Assembly: GCA_946493085.1 (NCBI GenBank)
Contig: CAMMAC010000002.1
Coordinates: forward strand, 19,479 to 83,478
DNA: 64,000 bases
Direction of reading: 5' to 3'
From: an uncultured Clostridiaceae bacterium
GTDB lineage: Bacteria; Bacillota; Clostridia; TANB77; CAG-508
Program-made: the position numbers and the translations under genes
In this document: piece by piece, positions 39,153 to 50,022 of the stretch
How the letters are laid out: the number at the start of each line of letters is the position of its first letter
Position numbering within the stretch: the first letter of the stretch is position 1
The notes under the pieces: model-generated
The model's input: the letters and a program-made list of their open reading frames with translations, nothing else
Told to the model about the DNA's origin: nothing
The model's database searches: none

Positions 39153-40742
39153 ATGGAAGACAAAAAATTTTATGTAACAACCCCTATTTATTACCCTAGT
39201 GGTAGATTTCATATTGGAACTGCCTATACTACCGTATTAGCAGATACCATGAAAAGATATAAATTAGCAAGAGGGTATGATAGTTACATGTTGACTGGGC
39301 TAGATGAACATGGACAAAAGGTACAAACAGTGGCAGAATCAAGAGGATTAACCCCACAGGAGCATGTAGATGAAATGGCAGAAGATGCAAAGAGGTTATG
39401 GAAGTTAATGGACATCCAATATGATGACTTTATTCGTACCACAGAAGAAAGACATGTAAAAGTAGTTGAGGATATCTTCGATAGACTAATGGAGCAAGGA
39501 GATATTTATCTAGGAGAGTACGAAGGCTGGTACTGTATGCCTTGCGAAACCTTTTTTACAGAAACACAATTAGTAGATGGAAAATGCCCAGATTGTGGCA
39601 GAGAAGTAAAGAAAATGAAGGAAGAGTCTTACTTTTTTGCTATGAGTAAGTATCAAGATAGATTAGAAAAATTTTATGAAGAAAACCCACATTTTATTGA
39701 GCCAGAATCTAGGAAAAATGAGTTATTTAATAATTTTATTAAACCAGGATTAGAAGATTTATGCGTAAGTCGTACTAGCTTTGATTGGGGCATTAAAGTA
39801 AGAAAAAATCCAAAACATGTTATCTATGTTTGGCTAGATGCACTTACCAACTATATTACCGCCTTAGGATATGGTTCAAAGGATGATAGCAAGTTTAAAA
39901 AATACTGGCCAGCAGATTTGCAAATTGTAGGAAAAGATATTATTCGTTTCCATGGTATTTATTGGCCAATTTTCTTAATGGCGCTTGGGTTACCACTTCC
40001 TAAAAAAATCTACGCACATGGCTTTATTATGATGAAAGATGGAAAAATGTCGAAATCTAAAGGAAATATTGTCTATCCAGAATTATTAATAGAAAGGTAT
40101 GGCTTAGATGCTACCAAATACTTTTTATTAAGAGAATTTCCATTTGGACAAGATGCTGTTTTCACGCCAGAAGGATTTATAGAAAGATATAATTTTGATC
40201 TATGCAACGATTTAGGAAATTTACTAAACAGAACGATAGGTATGATGAATAAATATTTTGGTGGCGTTATTCCAGATGGAAAGGCACAAAAAAATGAGCC
40301 AGATAAAGAGTTAGAAACTACCGTTTTAGAAAAAGTAGCACAAGTAGAAGAAAATATGGAGAATGTACATGTATCCAATGCACTATCTGCTATTTGGGCA
40401 ATGATTGCAAGGTCTAATAAATATATTGATGAAACAGCACCATGGGTACTTGCAAAGTCAGAAGAGCAAGAAGATAAAGAAAAATTAGCATCTGTCTTAT
40501 ATCATCTAGCAGAGAATTTAAGAATAATTGCTATTTTATTGCAACCATTTATGGAAGAAACAGCAAAGAAAATGTTTGCACAATTAGGAATTACAGAAAA
40601 AGAAATAACTGTATGGGACTCCGCAAAAGAGTATGGAAAAATCTCAGTTGGAACAAAAGTGATAGAAAAAGGAGATCCTTTATTTATGAGATTAGATAAA
40701 GAAGAGGAAATTGCGTATATTAAAGAAGGAATGAAAGGATAA
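39153..40742 (+). CDS. metG: Methionyl-tRNA synthetase (short form, no C-terminal tRNA-binding domain)
   Basis: [12 protein letters not shown] (HIGH), KMSKSKGN (KMSKS), Zn knuckle CMPCETFF...CPDCG. Confidence 0.93.
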   Translation: MEDKKFYVTTPIYYPSGRFHIGTAYTTVLADTMKRYKLARGYDSYMLTGLDEHGQKVQTVAESRGLTPQEHVDEMAEDAKRLWKLMDIQYDDFIRTTEERHVKVVEDIFDRLMEQGDIYLGEYEGWYCMPCETFFTETQLVDGKCPDCGREVKKMKEESYFFAMSKYQDRLEKFYEENPHFIEPESRKNELFNNFIKPGLEDLCVSRTSFDWGIKVRKNPKHVIYVWLDALTNYITALGYGSKDDSKFKKYWPADLQIVGKDIIRFHGIYWPIFLMALGLPLPKKIYAHGFIMMKDGKMSKSKGNIVYPELLIERYGLDATKYFLLREFPFGQDAVFTPEGFIERYNFDLCNDLGNLLNRTIGMMNKYFGGVIPDGKAQKNEPDKELETTVLEKVAQVEENMENVHVSNALSAIWAMIARSNKYIDETAPWVLAKSEEQEDKEKLASVLYHLAENLRIIAILLQPFMEETAKKMFAQLGITEKEITVWDSAKEYGKISVGTKVIEKGDPLFMRLDKEEEIAYIKEGMKG

Positions 40743-40869
40743 AAAACTACTAATTCTTCACAAAAAAGACATATTTATGCAGTATCATAAAAAATGGTGA
40801 CAAGAGGGAACTTTTCAAAAAAGAAGTTCCCTTTCCTAAAATAAAAATGAGAAAGGAAGGAAATAAGGA

Positions 40870-41547
40870 ATGAATGATGTTACTGTTTTGATGGTAGATG
40901 ATGAAGCAAGAATGAGAAAACTTGTAAAGGACTTTTTGATGCAAAAAGGTTATAGTGTATTAGAGGCAGCAGATGGAGAAGAAGCTTTGCAAGTATTTGA
41001 AGAAAATCAGAATAAAATAGGATTAATTTTATTAGATGTCATGATGCCCAAATTAGATGGTTGGTCTGTGCTTCGTCAAATACGTCAAACGTCTAAGGTT
41101 CCTATTATCATGTTAACAGCTAGAGGAGAAGAGCAAGATGAGTTATTTGGCTTTGAATTAGGAGTAGACGAATATATTTCTAAACCTTTTAGTCCTAAAA
41201 TATTAGTAGCAAGAGTAGAAGCTATTTTAAATCGTACACAGACCAAGAAAAATGAAGTGCAAGATTATGGTGGTATTGTAATAGATAGCGATGGAAGAAC
41301 TGTAAAAGTAGATGGGAAAGAGATAGAATTAAGTTTAAGAGAATATGAATTATTAAAGTATTTAGTGGATAATCAAGGTATTGCTTTATCAAGAGATAAA
41401 ATATTAAATAATGTATGGAATTATGATTATTATGGAGATTCTAGAACAATAGATAGCCACATAAAGAAGATACGTCATAAGTTAGGTAAAAAAGGAAAAT
41501 ATATCGAAACAATGCGTGGCGTAGGATATAAATTTGAAGTGAAATAA
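40870..41547 (+). CDS. OmpR-family response regulator
   Basis: VLMVDDE, LILLDVMMPKLDG, C-terminal winged helix ...IETMRGVGYKF. Confidence 0.9.
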   Translation: MNDVTVLMVDDEARMRKLVKDFLMQKGYSVLEAADGEEALQVFEENQNKIGLILLDVMMPKLDGWSVLRQIRQTSKVPIIMLTARGEEQDELFGFELGVDEYISKPFSPKILVARVEAILNRTQTKKNEVQDYGGIVIDSDGRTVKVDGKEIELSLREYELLKYLVDNQGIALSRDKILNNVWNYDYYGDSRTIDSHIKKIRHKLGKKGKYIETMRGVGYKFEVK

Positions 41548-41559
41548 TAGAGGGAAAAA

Positions 41560-43086
41560 ATGAAAAAAATAAAAGAAAAACTAAAGTCTGTACGAGTGCG
41601 TTTATTTGTTTCTTTTTGTATTGTGGTAACCATTATTGTATTGTTTTTAATTATTATTAACAATGTAGTGCTAGAAACATTTTACTTGTACACAAAAACA
41701 AAAGCCATTCAAGGTGCTTATGTAACGATTAATGATTTATATAGTAAAGCTAATATATATACCAATATTGAAGATGAGTTAAATCGTATTTGTATAAAAA
41801 ATGACTTTGATATATTAATAGAAAATGATAAAAGTATTTTATTGTTTAGTTCTGATAGTAATTTAACAGATTCCATAGAGAAGATTAATGAATTTGTGAA
41901 TAGCAGAATTACTTCTTTTGATGCAGAGTATGATAGAAATAATATTGTCATTTATGCAGACGATAATATGATTATCCGTAGAATTATAGATGAAAAAAAT
42001 AGTATGAATTACATCTTTCTTTCTGCTATGTTAGATAATGGATATCATTTATATATTCGAGTGCAAGTGGAATCTATTCAAGAAAGTGTAAAAATATCGA
42101 ATAATTTACTAATTGCAGTAGGAGCAGTTTCTATTTTAATTGCAGGAATTTTAGCTTCCTTCATTTCACGTAAATTTACAGAGCCAATTTTAGAATTAAA
42201 TGATATTGCGAAAAATATGTCTAGATTAGATTTTTCTAAAAAATATAAAGTAAAAGATACAGATGATGAAATTAATGACCTAGGAAAAAGTATTAATACC
42301 ATGTCGGATAAGCTAGAGTCAACCATTAAACAATTAAGAAATACTAATATTGAATTGGAAAAAGACATCGAAGAGAAATCTAAAATAGATGAAATGCGTA
42401 AACAGTTTATTTCAGATGTGTCGCATGAATTGAAAACACCAATTGCGTTAATACAAGGTTATGCAGAAGGTTTATTAGAAAATGTAAATGAAGATGAAGA
42501 ATCTAGAAAATTTTACGCAGAAGTAATTTTAGATGAATCTAACAAAATGGATAAATTAGTAAAGCAATTATTAGAGCTTATGAAATTAGAATATGGAAAA
42601 AGAGAATTCAATAATGAAGAATTTGACATTTTAGAACTAGCAAAAGAAGTAGTAAGAAAATGCAAGGTAATGATAGAAGAAAAGAATATAACGGTAACAT
42701 GCGATAGAGAAGTGCCAGCTTATGTATGTGCAGACGAATTTTACATTGATCAAGTAATGACAAATTATTTTACCAATGCCATTAAGCATGCAGAAGAAGT
42801 AAATGGAAAGAAAGAAATTAGAATACAGATACAAGTAAAAGAAGAAGAGCAAAAAGTACGTATTTCTGTATTTAATACAGGAAAGAATATACAAGAAGAA
42901 GACCTAACTCGTATCTGGAAAAGATTTTATAAAGTGGATAGTTCTAGAAATAGAGAAGATGGTGGAACAGGAATAGGTCTTGCTCTGGTAAAAGCCATTA
43001 TGAATAATTATCAGAATGATTTTGGTGTTACCAATAAAGCAGATGGAGTAGAATTCTATTTTGAACTTCCAATGAGTAAACATTAA
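41560..43086 (+). CDS. Sensor histidine kinase (TM-sensor-TM-HAMP-HisKA-HATPase)
   Basis: H-box FISDVSHELKTP, N-box NYFTNAIKH, G-boxes GGTGIGLALVK. Confidence 0.9.
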   Translation: MKKIKEKLKSVRVRLFVSFCIVVTIIVLFLIIINNVVLETFYLYTKTKAIQGAYVTINDLYSKANIYTNIEDELNRICIKNDFDILIENDKSILLFSSDSNLTDSIEKINEFVNSRITSFDAEYDRNNIVIYADDNMIIRRIIDEKNSMNYIFLSAMLDNGYHLYIRVQVESIQESVKISNNLLIAVGAVSILIAGILASFISRKFTEPILELNDIAKNMSRLDFSKKYKVKDTDDEINDLGKSINTMSDKLESTIKQLRNTNIELEKDIEEKSKIDEMRKQFISDVSHELKTPIALIQGYAEGLLENVNEDEESRKFYAEVILDESNKMDKLVKQLLELMKLEYGKREFNNEEFDILELAKEVVRKCKVMIEEKNITVTCDREVPAYVCADEFYIDQVMTNYFTNAIKHAEEVNGKKEIRIQIQVKEEEQKVRISVFNTGKNIQEEDLTRIWKRFYKVDSSRNREDGGTGIGLALVKAIMNNYQNDFGVTNKADGVEFYFELPMSKH

Positions 43087-43094
43087 AACAAAAA

Positions 43095-43134
43095 AGAGAG
43101 AAATGCTTATTTTAAGTGGTTTCTCTCTTTTTTA
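43095..43134 (+). terminator. Rho-independent terminator
   Basis: agagagaaa / tttctctct stem plus a T-run. Confidence 0.7.
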
Positions 43135-43314
43135 TGTAGAGAAATGTAAGAATTTGTCGATGAAAAGTTCTTTACAAAATTAACAAAATATGGTAACATA
43201 AATGCAAGATTTGAATTGCAATTTTTATCTAAAAATTTTTTCAATGGATTTTCATTCTTTAAAAATCAAAAAATTCCATGAATACAATTTTATAAAGGCA
43301 GGTGAAGTATATGA

Positions 43315-43938
43315 ATGATGCTATATAGCAAAAAGAATGTAAGAAAACTCTCTTTTATAATTGCAATATTATTATGGTGTGTTATTTTAGCCATTATATA
43401 CTGTTTCGTGCAGAGTCAAGAAAAAACGTTAGAACCTACTACTAGTATTACTTTAAAAGCAGAAGAAAAGAATAATGAAGAACAAAATTTGACAGATATA
43501 GAATTAATATTAAAAGCTTCAACTGGGAAGAGTAGTCCTTCTATTACATATTCGTCTTGTTCATGGCGTATAGAAATACCAAAGATTCAATTAAATGCAC
43601 CTATTTACGAAGGGACTGAAGCAGAAATATTAAGAAAAGGAATTGGTCATTTTGAAAATACAGCTACTTGGGAAGGAAATGTATGTCTAATAGCAGAGAA
43701 TAAAGAAGATAAATATAACTATTTTCAAAATATTGATTTATTACAGATAGGTGATGAAATTATTTATCAAACAGAAAAGGGAACAAAAACATATGTAGTA
43801 CAAGTAAACGAAAAAGTAAAAGAAACAAATTTAAAGTATATTCAAAATACAAAAGAAAATAGGATTACATTGATTACATATGAAGAAGATGAAAAAGAAT
43901 ACAGAAGATATGTACAAGCAGTACAAAAAGAAATGTAA
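43315..43938 (+). CDS. Sortase-fold paralog lacking the catalytic His and Cys (pseudo-sortase)
   Basis: Aligns position by position with the sortase at 19577..20197. GNVCLIAEN against GNLCIAGHN (His to Glu). ITLITYEED against VTLITCTLG (Cys to Tyr). The Arg region is retained. Confidence 0.65.
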   Translation: MMLYSKKNVRKLSFIIAILLWCVILAIIYCFVQSQEKTLEPTTSITLKAEEKNNEEQNLTDIELILKASTGKSSPSITYSSCSWRIEIPKIQLNAPIYEGTEAEILRKGIGHFENTATWEGNVCLIAENKEDKYNYFQNIDLLQIGDEIIYQTEKGTKTYVVQVNEKVKETNLKYIQNTKENRITLITYEEDEKEYRRYVQAVQKEM

Positions 43939-43966
43939 TAAAATTACCATAGGAGGAATGGAGAAA

Positions 43967-44567
43967 ATGAAAAAAGAAAATAAAAAGAAAAAATGGTATA
44001 TAGCATTATTGTTATTACTAGTAATAGGATTTGCTATTATAACAGGTAATGCTTTTTCTAAATACCTAATGGAAGTAAAAGGAAAAGGAATTGTAGAAGT
44101 AGCTAATTGGAGTTTTTTAGTAAATGGACAGAGTAGTAGCATAAACAATATTCAGTTAGCACAAACATATACACCAGAAACTTTGGTAGAAAATACAATT
44201 GCTCCTCGGAAGTAGTGGTGCATTTGATATCGTGATAGATGCTACTGGTTCACAAGTGGGTATTGCCTATCAAGTACAATTTCAAAATGAAGTAGGAAAA
44301 CCGACGAATTTACAATTTGAATGTAATGGAGAAACCGTTTCTCACATTAAAGAACTAGAAGAATTATTGGTAGGAGAAATAGCAGCAAATGAGCAACAAA
44401 AAGTAAGGACCTATACAGTACGTTGGAAATGGAATTATGAAACAGGAAACACAGAAGAAGAAATACAGAAAAACGATAGTATTGATACAAAAGAAGCAAA
44501 TGAAATAGAAAACTATGCTTTTGATATTATCATAAATGGTACACAAATAGAGCCTAAACAAGGCTAG
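43967..44567 (+). CDS. TasA/camelysin-like secreted protein; needs +1 shift at CGG 44207..44209
   Basis: Signal-anchor KKKKWYIALLLLLVIGFAIITGNAFSKY. ...ENTIAP, then CGG. Skipping C44207 gives GSSGAFDIVIDATGSQVGIAYQVQF (ORF 44199..44567 frame). Confidence 0.55.
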
Positions 44568-44590
44568 GATAGAAAATGAAAGGAGAAGAT

Positions 44591-45112
44591 ATGCTTGTAA
44601 AAAGAAAAATACAAAAAAAGAAAAATGGTATTGCATTTTGGTTATTACTTTGTATTGTTTTGTTCCTATTTTTGTGGGTAAGTACAAGTTTTGCAAAATT
44701 AGCTACTAGTTTAAGTGGAATAGGAAAGGTGAGAATTGCCACACCTATTATGGAAGTCATTACCCAGCAAAGTATGATAATTACCGCAAAAGAACCTAAA
44801 AATTCTTGCTATTTTCAAGTAAGGAATTATAATGAGAAAGGAGAAATGAATGAAGCAGAAATGGAATACTTTATAGAAATTTCAGGATTAGAAGATAAGG
44901 ATATTTCTTTTAATTTATATGAAGGAACAGAAAAAGTTTCCATGGAAGAAAAATTTATTTCAGAAAAAAGAAAACTAGGAATTAACCAAAAAGAAGAACA
45001 TGTGTATCGATTAGAAATTATATATCAAAAAGGAGAAGAAGAACAAACTAATTTGAATCAAGAAGTAGAAATAAAAGTGCATTCTATTCAAAAGATGAAT
45101 GAGAAAAGTTAA
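44591..45112 (+). CDS. Second TasA-like/secreted small protein
   Basis: aaggag SD. N-terminal KRKIQKKKNGIAFWLLLCIVLFLFLWVSTSFAKLAT followed by a beta-rich region. Confidence 0.45.
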   Translation: MLVKRKIQKKKNGIAFWLLLCIVLFLFLWVSTSFAKLATSLSGIGKVRIATPIMEVITQQSMIITAKEPKNSCYFQVRNYNEKGEMNEAEMEYFIEISGLEDKDISFNLYEGTEKVSMEEKFISEKRKLGINQKEEHVYRLEIIYQKGEEEQTNLNQEVEIKVHSIQKMNEKS

Positions 45113-45130
45113 AACAGGAAGGAATAAAAT

Positions 45131-46693
45131 ATGGAACGAAGAAAAATAGTTTTTATACTAAGTATAGTTATATGGATTTGTCTGGAAATATATCCTACTG
45201 TACAGGCAAAGTATGAAATTACAACGATAAGGACAATTGCACATTTAGAGATTGATAGAACAGCACCAATAGGAACAGTTACATATTCTGAAAAGGAACC
45301 TACAAAAGAAAATATCATGGTTACATTGAAAGTAAATGAAGAGATTGAACCATTAGAGGGATGGACTAAAAAAGAAGAAAATATATGGCAAAAAGAATAT
45401 ACAGAAAATACAAATGAAAAAATAACTATACAAGATTTATCAGGTAATCAAACAGAAATCCCAATTAAGATTAGCAATATAGATAGAGAAGCACCAACTA
45501 TAAAAGTAAAAAATTGGAGTAATTCTAATAAGGAATATCCAGAATTTGCAAATCAAGAAGCTACCATTAAAATATGGTTAGAAGTAGAAGAGGCAAACCA
45601 AATACAAGATTTATTACAAGAAGAGGAAATAGAAATTAGAATACAGGATGAAAAGATAACTGCAAAGCAAATACAAATAAAGCAAGTAGCGGGGAAGCAA
45701 CAAGTAGAAATAATACTGGAAAATATAGAAAAAGAAGGCGAATTAAAAATAGAAATAGGTAAGGCTAGTGTCATAGATGAATTAGGAAATGAAAATGAAG
45801 CATATTTATGGAATAGTGGCATTGTAGTAGATAATACAAATCCAGTAGTAAAGGTAACACAAAAAGCAATGGAAAAGGGCAAAGTAGAAGTAGTTATGGA
45901 AATGAACGAGAAAATTCGACCACTAGAAGGTTGGAATCAAAAGGAAAATCAGTATAGTAAAATATTCGATAATAACATTAGTTATGAAATTCCAGTACAA
46001 GATTTAGCAGGCAATATATCAAAGGCAAGAATAGAAATTAAAGATGCTACTTCTATTATTCTAAGTTGCGCTTCCCATAATTCTGAAGTTGGCTGGACAT
46101 TTGGCTATGGAAACTATGATATAGTTGGTTTAAAGGCTTTGTTACAGAAGAGGGAATTAAGGACAGAAGCTTTAGCCTTCCGTATAGAGGGAAATGTAGA
46201 ACCAGACTTTCTACAAGTAAGAGCTTATGTGTATACCCATTGGGGAGAAGGAAGTGAAGCGATTTGTCAAGATACAAAGAAAAAATATGTCCATGGATTT
46301 AATCCATCTTCTACTACATGGAAATCAATGAATGTAAAAGAAGATTTAATAAGCTTAAATAAGAAGGATTATTTTATCTTGGGAGGAGCAGGAGTTAATT
46401 TGCGTGGACAAACAGATATAAAAGGAGAAAAACCAATCCCAGATAAAATTGCAGAGCAACATCTATATGGAATTTCCGGAATATCCTTTAAATTAAAAGA
46501 TACCTCTGTGTATTCTATTATCTACCAAATTTATATAGAAGAAATTGGTTGGCTTGCTCCTTGTAAAAATGAAGAATTTGCCTGTTATCAAAAAGATAGA
46601 CCAATCACAGGCCTTCGTGTGGCATTAGTACCTAATTCAGAATTAAATTATATATGGAATGTCTGGGAAAAAGAGACAGGAACAAAATTCTAG
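45131..46693 (+). CDS. Secreted multi-domain surface protein (repeated Ig-like modules; C-terminal ChW-like repeats)
   Basis: Signal peptide ...YPTVQA. Repeated modules (EIEPLEGWTKKE / KIRPLEGWNQKE; DRTAP, DREAP, DNTNP). GW-containing C-terminal repeats (SEVGWTFGYG, EEIGWLAPC). Confidence 0.55.
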   Translation: MERRKIVFILSIVIWICLEIYPTVQAKYEITTIRTIAHLEIDRTAPIGTVTYSEKEPTKENIMVTLKVNEEIEPLEGWTKKEENIWQKEYTENTNEKITIQDLSGNQTEIPIKISNIDREAPTIKVKNWSNSNKEYPEFANQEATIKIWLEVEEANQIQDLLQEEEIEIRIQDEKITAKQIQIKQVAGKQQVEIILENIEKEGELKIEIGKASVIDELGNENEAYLWNSGIVVDNTNPVVKVTQKAMEKGKVEVVMEMNEKIRPLEGWNQKENQYSKIFDNNISYEIPVQDLAGNISKARIEIKDATSIILSCASHNSEVGWTFGYGNYDIVGLKALLQKRELRTEALAFRIEGNVEPDFLQVRAYVYTHWGEGSEAICQDTKKKYVHGFNPSSTTWKSMNVKEDLISLNKKDYFILGGAGVNLRGQTDIKGEKPIPDKIAEQHLYGISGISFKLKDTSVYSIIYQIYIEEIGWLAPCKNEEFACYQKDRPITGLRVALVPNSELNYIWNVWEKETGTKF

Positions 46694-46923
46694 TAGTCCT
46701 TTCTTTACAAAAATAAAATAAAGCAAAAACAGTATTACATAACGTAGTACTGTTTTTGTTTAGATAGTATTCAGAAAATAACATAAAATCTGTAGGAAAA
46801 TTAAGATGGAAGATAGATAATAAAATTAATATTGACAATTAATCGAAAGGTAATATAAAATAAATATGACATAAAAAGCATAAAGAAATGAAAAGTTGGA
46901 AAACATAAGAAAAAAGGAAGGAA

Positions 46924-48408
46924 ATGAAAATGAGAAATCCAAGAGGAATTACATTAGTAACATTAGTTGTAACAATAATCGTATTAATTATCTTAGCGGG
47001 CGTGAGCATCAATATGGTAGTAGGAGATAATGGAATTATTACGCAAGCACAAAGAGCAGCAAAAGAAACAGCAAATGCAACAGTAGCTAGTGAGGAACAA
47101 ATAAATGCTCTAATAGAAGAGTTAAATAAGAAGCTCCCAGAAGATAAACCGGACGAACCAACAGAAGAAGAACCTGTATTTACAACAGTAACAAATCCAC
47201 CAGATATAGAAGGATTTAATAAGACTAATACTTACTATGTAGCATGGAATATAGAGAGTAGTCCATATGAAATAAATAACACCATACCAATCAGTGAAAA
47301 TCCACCAAGTAATTGGTATGATTATACAGAAGGAATAAATCATTGGGCAAATATAAAAACAACAGGAGGAGGCAATGATTGCTATTGGGTATGGATACCA
47401 AGATATGCTTATAAAGTACCAACAAGAAGTAGTACAGCGCAAACAATAGAAATAAAATTTCTAGAAGGAACAAGCAATGTACCAATAGGTGAAACGGAAG
47501 CAATTACGAATACAACACCAACTCCAGGAACATGGGTAGTACACCCAGCGTTTACGAATAGTGGGAATGGAGGCTTTGGAGAGATAGAAGGAATATGGGT
47601 AGCAAAATTTGAAGCAAGTAGTAGTCAAGTAAGTGAAGCGACAGTAACTACAAACTTGACAACCACAGGGGGAGGAAATACAACTAGTTTGCAAGTAAGA
47701 GTAATACCTAATGTAACCAGTTGGAGAGGTATAACAGTAGGAAATATATTTACAGTATGTAGAAACTTGACTACAGATGGAAATTCTGTAGAAGGAGCAA
47801 CAAATGTAGATAGTCATATGATGAAGAATACAGAATGGGGAGCATGTGCTTATTTAAGTAGAAGTGTTTATGGAAAGAATGGAGCAGTATGGAACAATCC
47901 ATATTACAACAATACAACGAATTATTCTACAATAACAGGACTTTGTGGAACAAGTCAGGATGCAAGTACAACAGATGTTAACCACATATATAAATATAAT
48001 ACAGAGGTGGGAATTAATGCAAGTACAACAGGAAATGTATATGGAATTTTTGATATGGCTGGAGGATCTTGGGAATATGTAGCAGCAGTGTTAAGTAGCG
48101 ATTTGTCCAATGGAAGTTATTATAATTTTTCAACCGTAGATAAGAAATATTATGATGTGTATACGGGTTACAATAATTCAAAATATGGAGATTCCATATA
48201 TGAAACGTCACTGGAAGACAGTGGAAGAACAAGTTGGGATGGAGATTCATCCGATTTTCCAAATTCAGATTTAGGAATACCTGTGTTTGTACGTGGAGGA
48301 AGTGCAGCTAGTGGAAATGCAGCAGGTATATTTACATTTCGTTATCATACAGGAGATGCTAGCCAGCAAAATAGTTTTCACCCATGCTTAGTGAATTTAA
48401 ATAAATAA
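46924..48408 (+). CDS. Pilin-like N-terminus protein (no Glu5) with FGE/SUMF1-like (C-type-lectin-fold) C-terminal domain
   Basis: MKMRNPRG/ITLVTLVVTIIVLIILAGVSINMVVGDNGIITQAQ. WVWIPRYAYK, VHPAFT, GIWVAKFEAS, VRGGSAASGNAAGIF...NSFHPCLV. Confidence 0.5.
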   Translation: MKMRNPRGITLVTLVVTIIVLIILAGVSINMVVGDNGIITQAQRAAKETANATVASEEQINALIEELNKKLPEDKPDEPTEEEPVFTTVTNPPDIEGFNKTNTYYVAWNIESSPYEINNTIPISENPPSNWYDYTEGINHWANIKTTGGGNDCYWVWIPRYAYKVPTRSSTAQTIEIKFLEGTSNVPIGETEAITNTTPTPGTWVVHPAFTNSGNGGFGEIEGIWVAKFEASSSQVSEATVTTNLTTTGGGNTTSLQVRVIPNVTSWRGITVGNIFTVCRNLTTDGNSVEGATNVDSHMMKNTEWGACAYLSRSVYGKNGAVWNNPYYNNTTNYSTITGLCGTSQDASTTDVNHIYKYNTEVGINASTTGNVYGIFDMAGGSWEYVAAVLSSDLSNGSYYNFSTVDKKYYDVYTGYNNSKYGDSIYETSLEDSGRTSWDGDSSDFPNSDLGIPVFVRGGSAASGNAAGIFTFRYHTGDASQQNSFHPCLVNLNK

Positions 48409-48652
48409 TTTTATAAAGACGAAAATAAAGTTTTTATGCCTTTAAAGAATCCAAATTATTAGGAAAAAGTTTAATAAGAAGGGTTCTTTTTTTAATAGTA
48501 TAAAATTTATAGAAGCTTTAGAATGAGAAAAATGCTATATAATAAGATTGACACCTAAGTAGAATATAGTTATAATAAAATAGAAAAAAATAAAATAGGA
48601 AAGAAAATATATTTTATGTAATGTAAAAAGAGAGGAAGCGTGAAAATTTTAC

Positions 48653-49966
48653 ATGATTTCACAATTATTCATTTTATTTGTATTGATTCTTTTAAATGGC
48701 TATTTTGCGGCAACAGAAATAGCCTTTATATCTTTGAATGATGCAAAAATCGAAAAACAAGCAAAAGAAGGAAATAAAAAAGCAAAGCAAATTGAAAAAA
48801 TGTTAAATAATCCTAGCAAATTTTTAGCTACCATTCAAATAGGAATAACTTTAGCTGGATTTTTGTCTAGTGCATTTGCATCAGATACTTTTGCAGATAT
48901 GCTAGCACCAGTCTTTCACCAAATTTTTCCGAGTGTAAGTATAGGTGTATTTCGTGGAATTGCTATTCTAATTATTACGATTATTTTATCTTTCTTCACA
49001 TTAGTATTTGGTGAGCTAGTGCCAAAAAGATTAGCCATGAAGTATTATGAAAAAATTTCTTTTGCTACAATAGGGATTATTAGAGTAATTTCCATTATTA
49101 CAGCACCATTTGTAAAAGTGCTAACTGTTTCAACAAATTTTATTTCTAAAATATTTGGAATTTCAGAAAAAGAAGAGGAAATTGTAACAGAAGAAGAAAT
49201 TCGTATGATGATAGATGAGGGAGAAGAGAAGGGAACCATAGGACAAGAAGAAAGAGAGATGATTAACAACGTATTTGAGTTTAATGACATTACAGCATCA
49301 GAAGTAATGACACATCGTACGGATATTTATGCTATAGAAGTGAATGAAAATATTTATGATGTATTAGAAGAGTTAGATAATCTAAAATATAGTAGAATTC
49401 CTGTTTATGAAGAAACTATTGATGATATACAAGGAATTTTATTTGTAAAAGATTTATTAAAATACATGGGAGAAGGAAAGCAAGTAAAGATAAAAGACAT
49501 TATGAGGGAAGCATATTTTGTATCAGAATCGAAGCCAATTAACGAACTATTTAGAGATATGCAAAAAAATAAAAAGCAAATAGCCATTGTGATTGATGAG
49601 TATGGAGGAACAGCAGGACTCGTTACCATGGAGGATTTATTAGAAGAGATTGTTGGAAATATTTTTGATGAATATGATGAAGAGGAAGCAGATTATCAAA
49701 AAATAGATGATAATACATTTTTGATTAATGGTAGTGTTTCCATTTATGAGTTAAAGAAAATTTTACAAGTAGATATTCCGGAAGGAGATTATGATACTTT
49801 ATCTGGCTATCTATTAGAACTATTAGGAAGAGTGCCAGAAGATACAGAAAATCCAGTAATTGAAACGAAAGAAGTAACCTATAAGATAGAAACGTATGAG
49901 GATAGAAGAATTGTATGGGTAAAGGCATGTAAAAATCAAATAGTAGAGGATGAAACAGAAGATTGA
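48653..49966 (+). CDS. HlyC/CorC-family transporter (DUF21-CBS pair-CorC_HlyC)
   Basis: N-terminal LNGYFAATEIAFISL and GELVPKRLA. CBS region. C-terminal GYLLELLGRVPE. Confidence 0.85.
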   Translation: MISQLFILFVLILLNGYFAATEIAFISLNDAKIEKQAKEGNKKAKQIEKMLNNPSKFLATIQIGITLAGFLSSAFASDTFADMLAPVFHQIFPSVSIGVFRGIAILIITIILSFFTLVFGELVPKRLAMKYYEKISFATIGIIRVISIITAPFVKVLTVSTNFISKIFGISEKEEEIVTEEEIRMMIDEGEEKGTIGQEEREMINNVFEFNDITASEVMTHRTDIYAIEVNENIYDVLEELDNLKYSRIPVYEETIDDIQGILFVKDLLKYMGEGKQVKIKDIMREAYFVSESKPINELFRDMQKNKKQIAIVIDEYGGTAGLVTMEDLLEEIVGNIFDEYDEEEADYQKIDDNTFLINGSVSIYELKKILQVDIPEGDYDTLSGYLLELLGRVPEDTENPVIETKEVTYKIETYEDRRIVWVKACKNQIVEDETED

Positions 49967-50022
49967 AAACTTAATTTTTACCTACCCAAAGAATTGTACT
50001 ATGGAAAGGATTGATATCAAAA

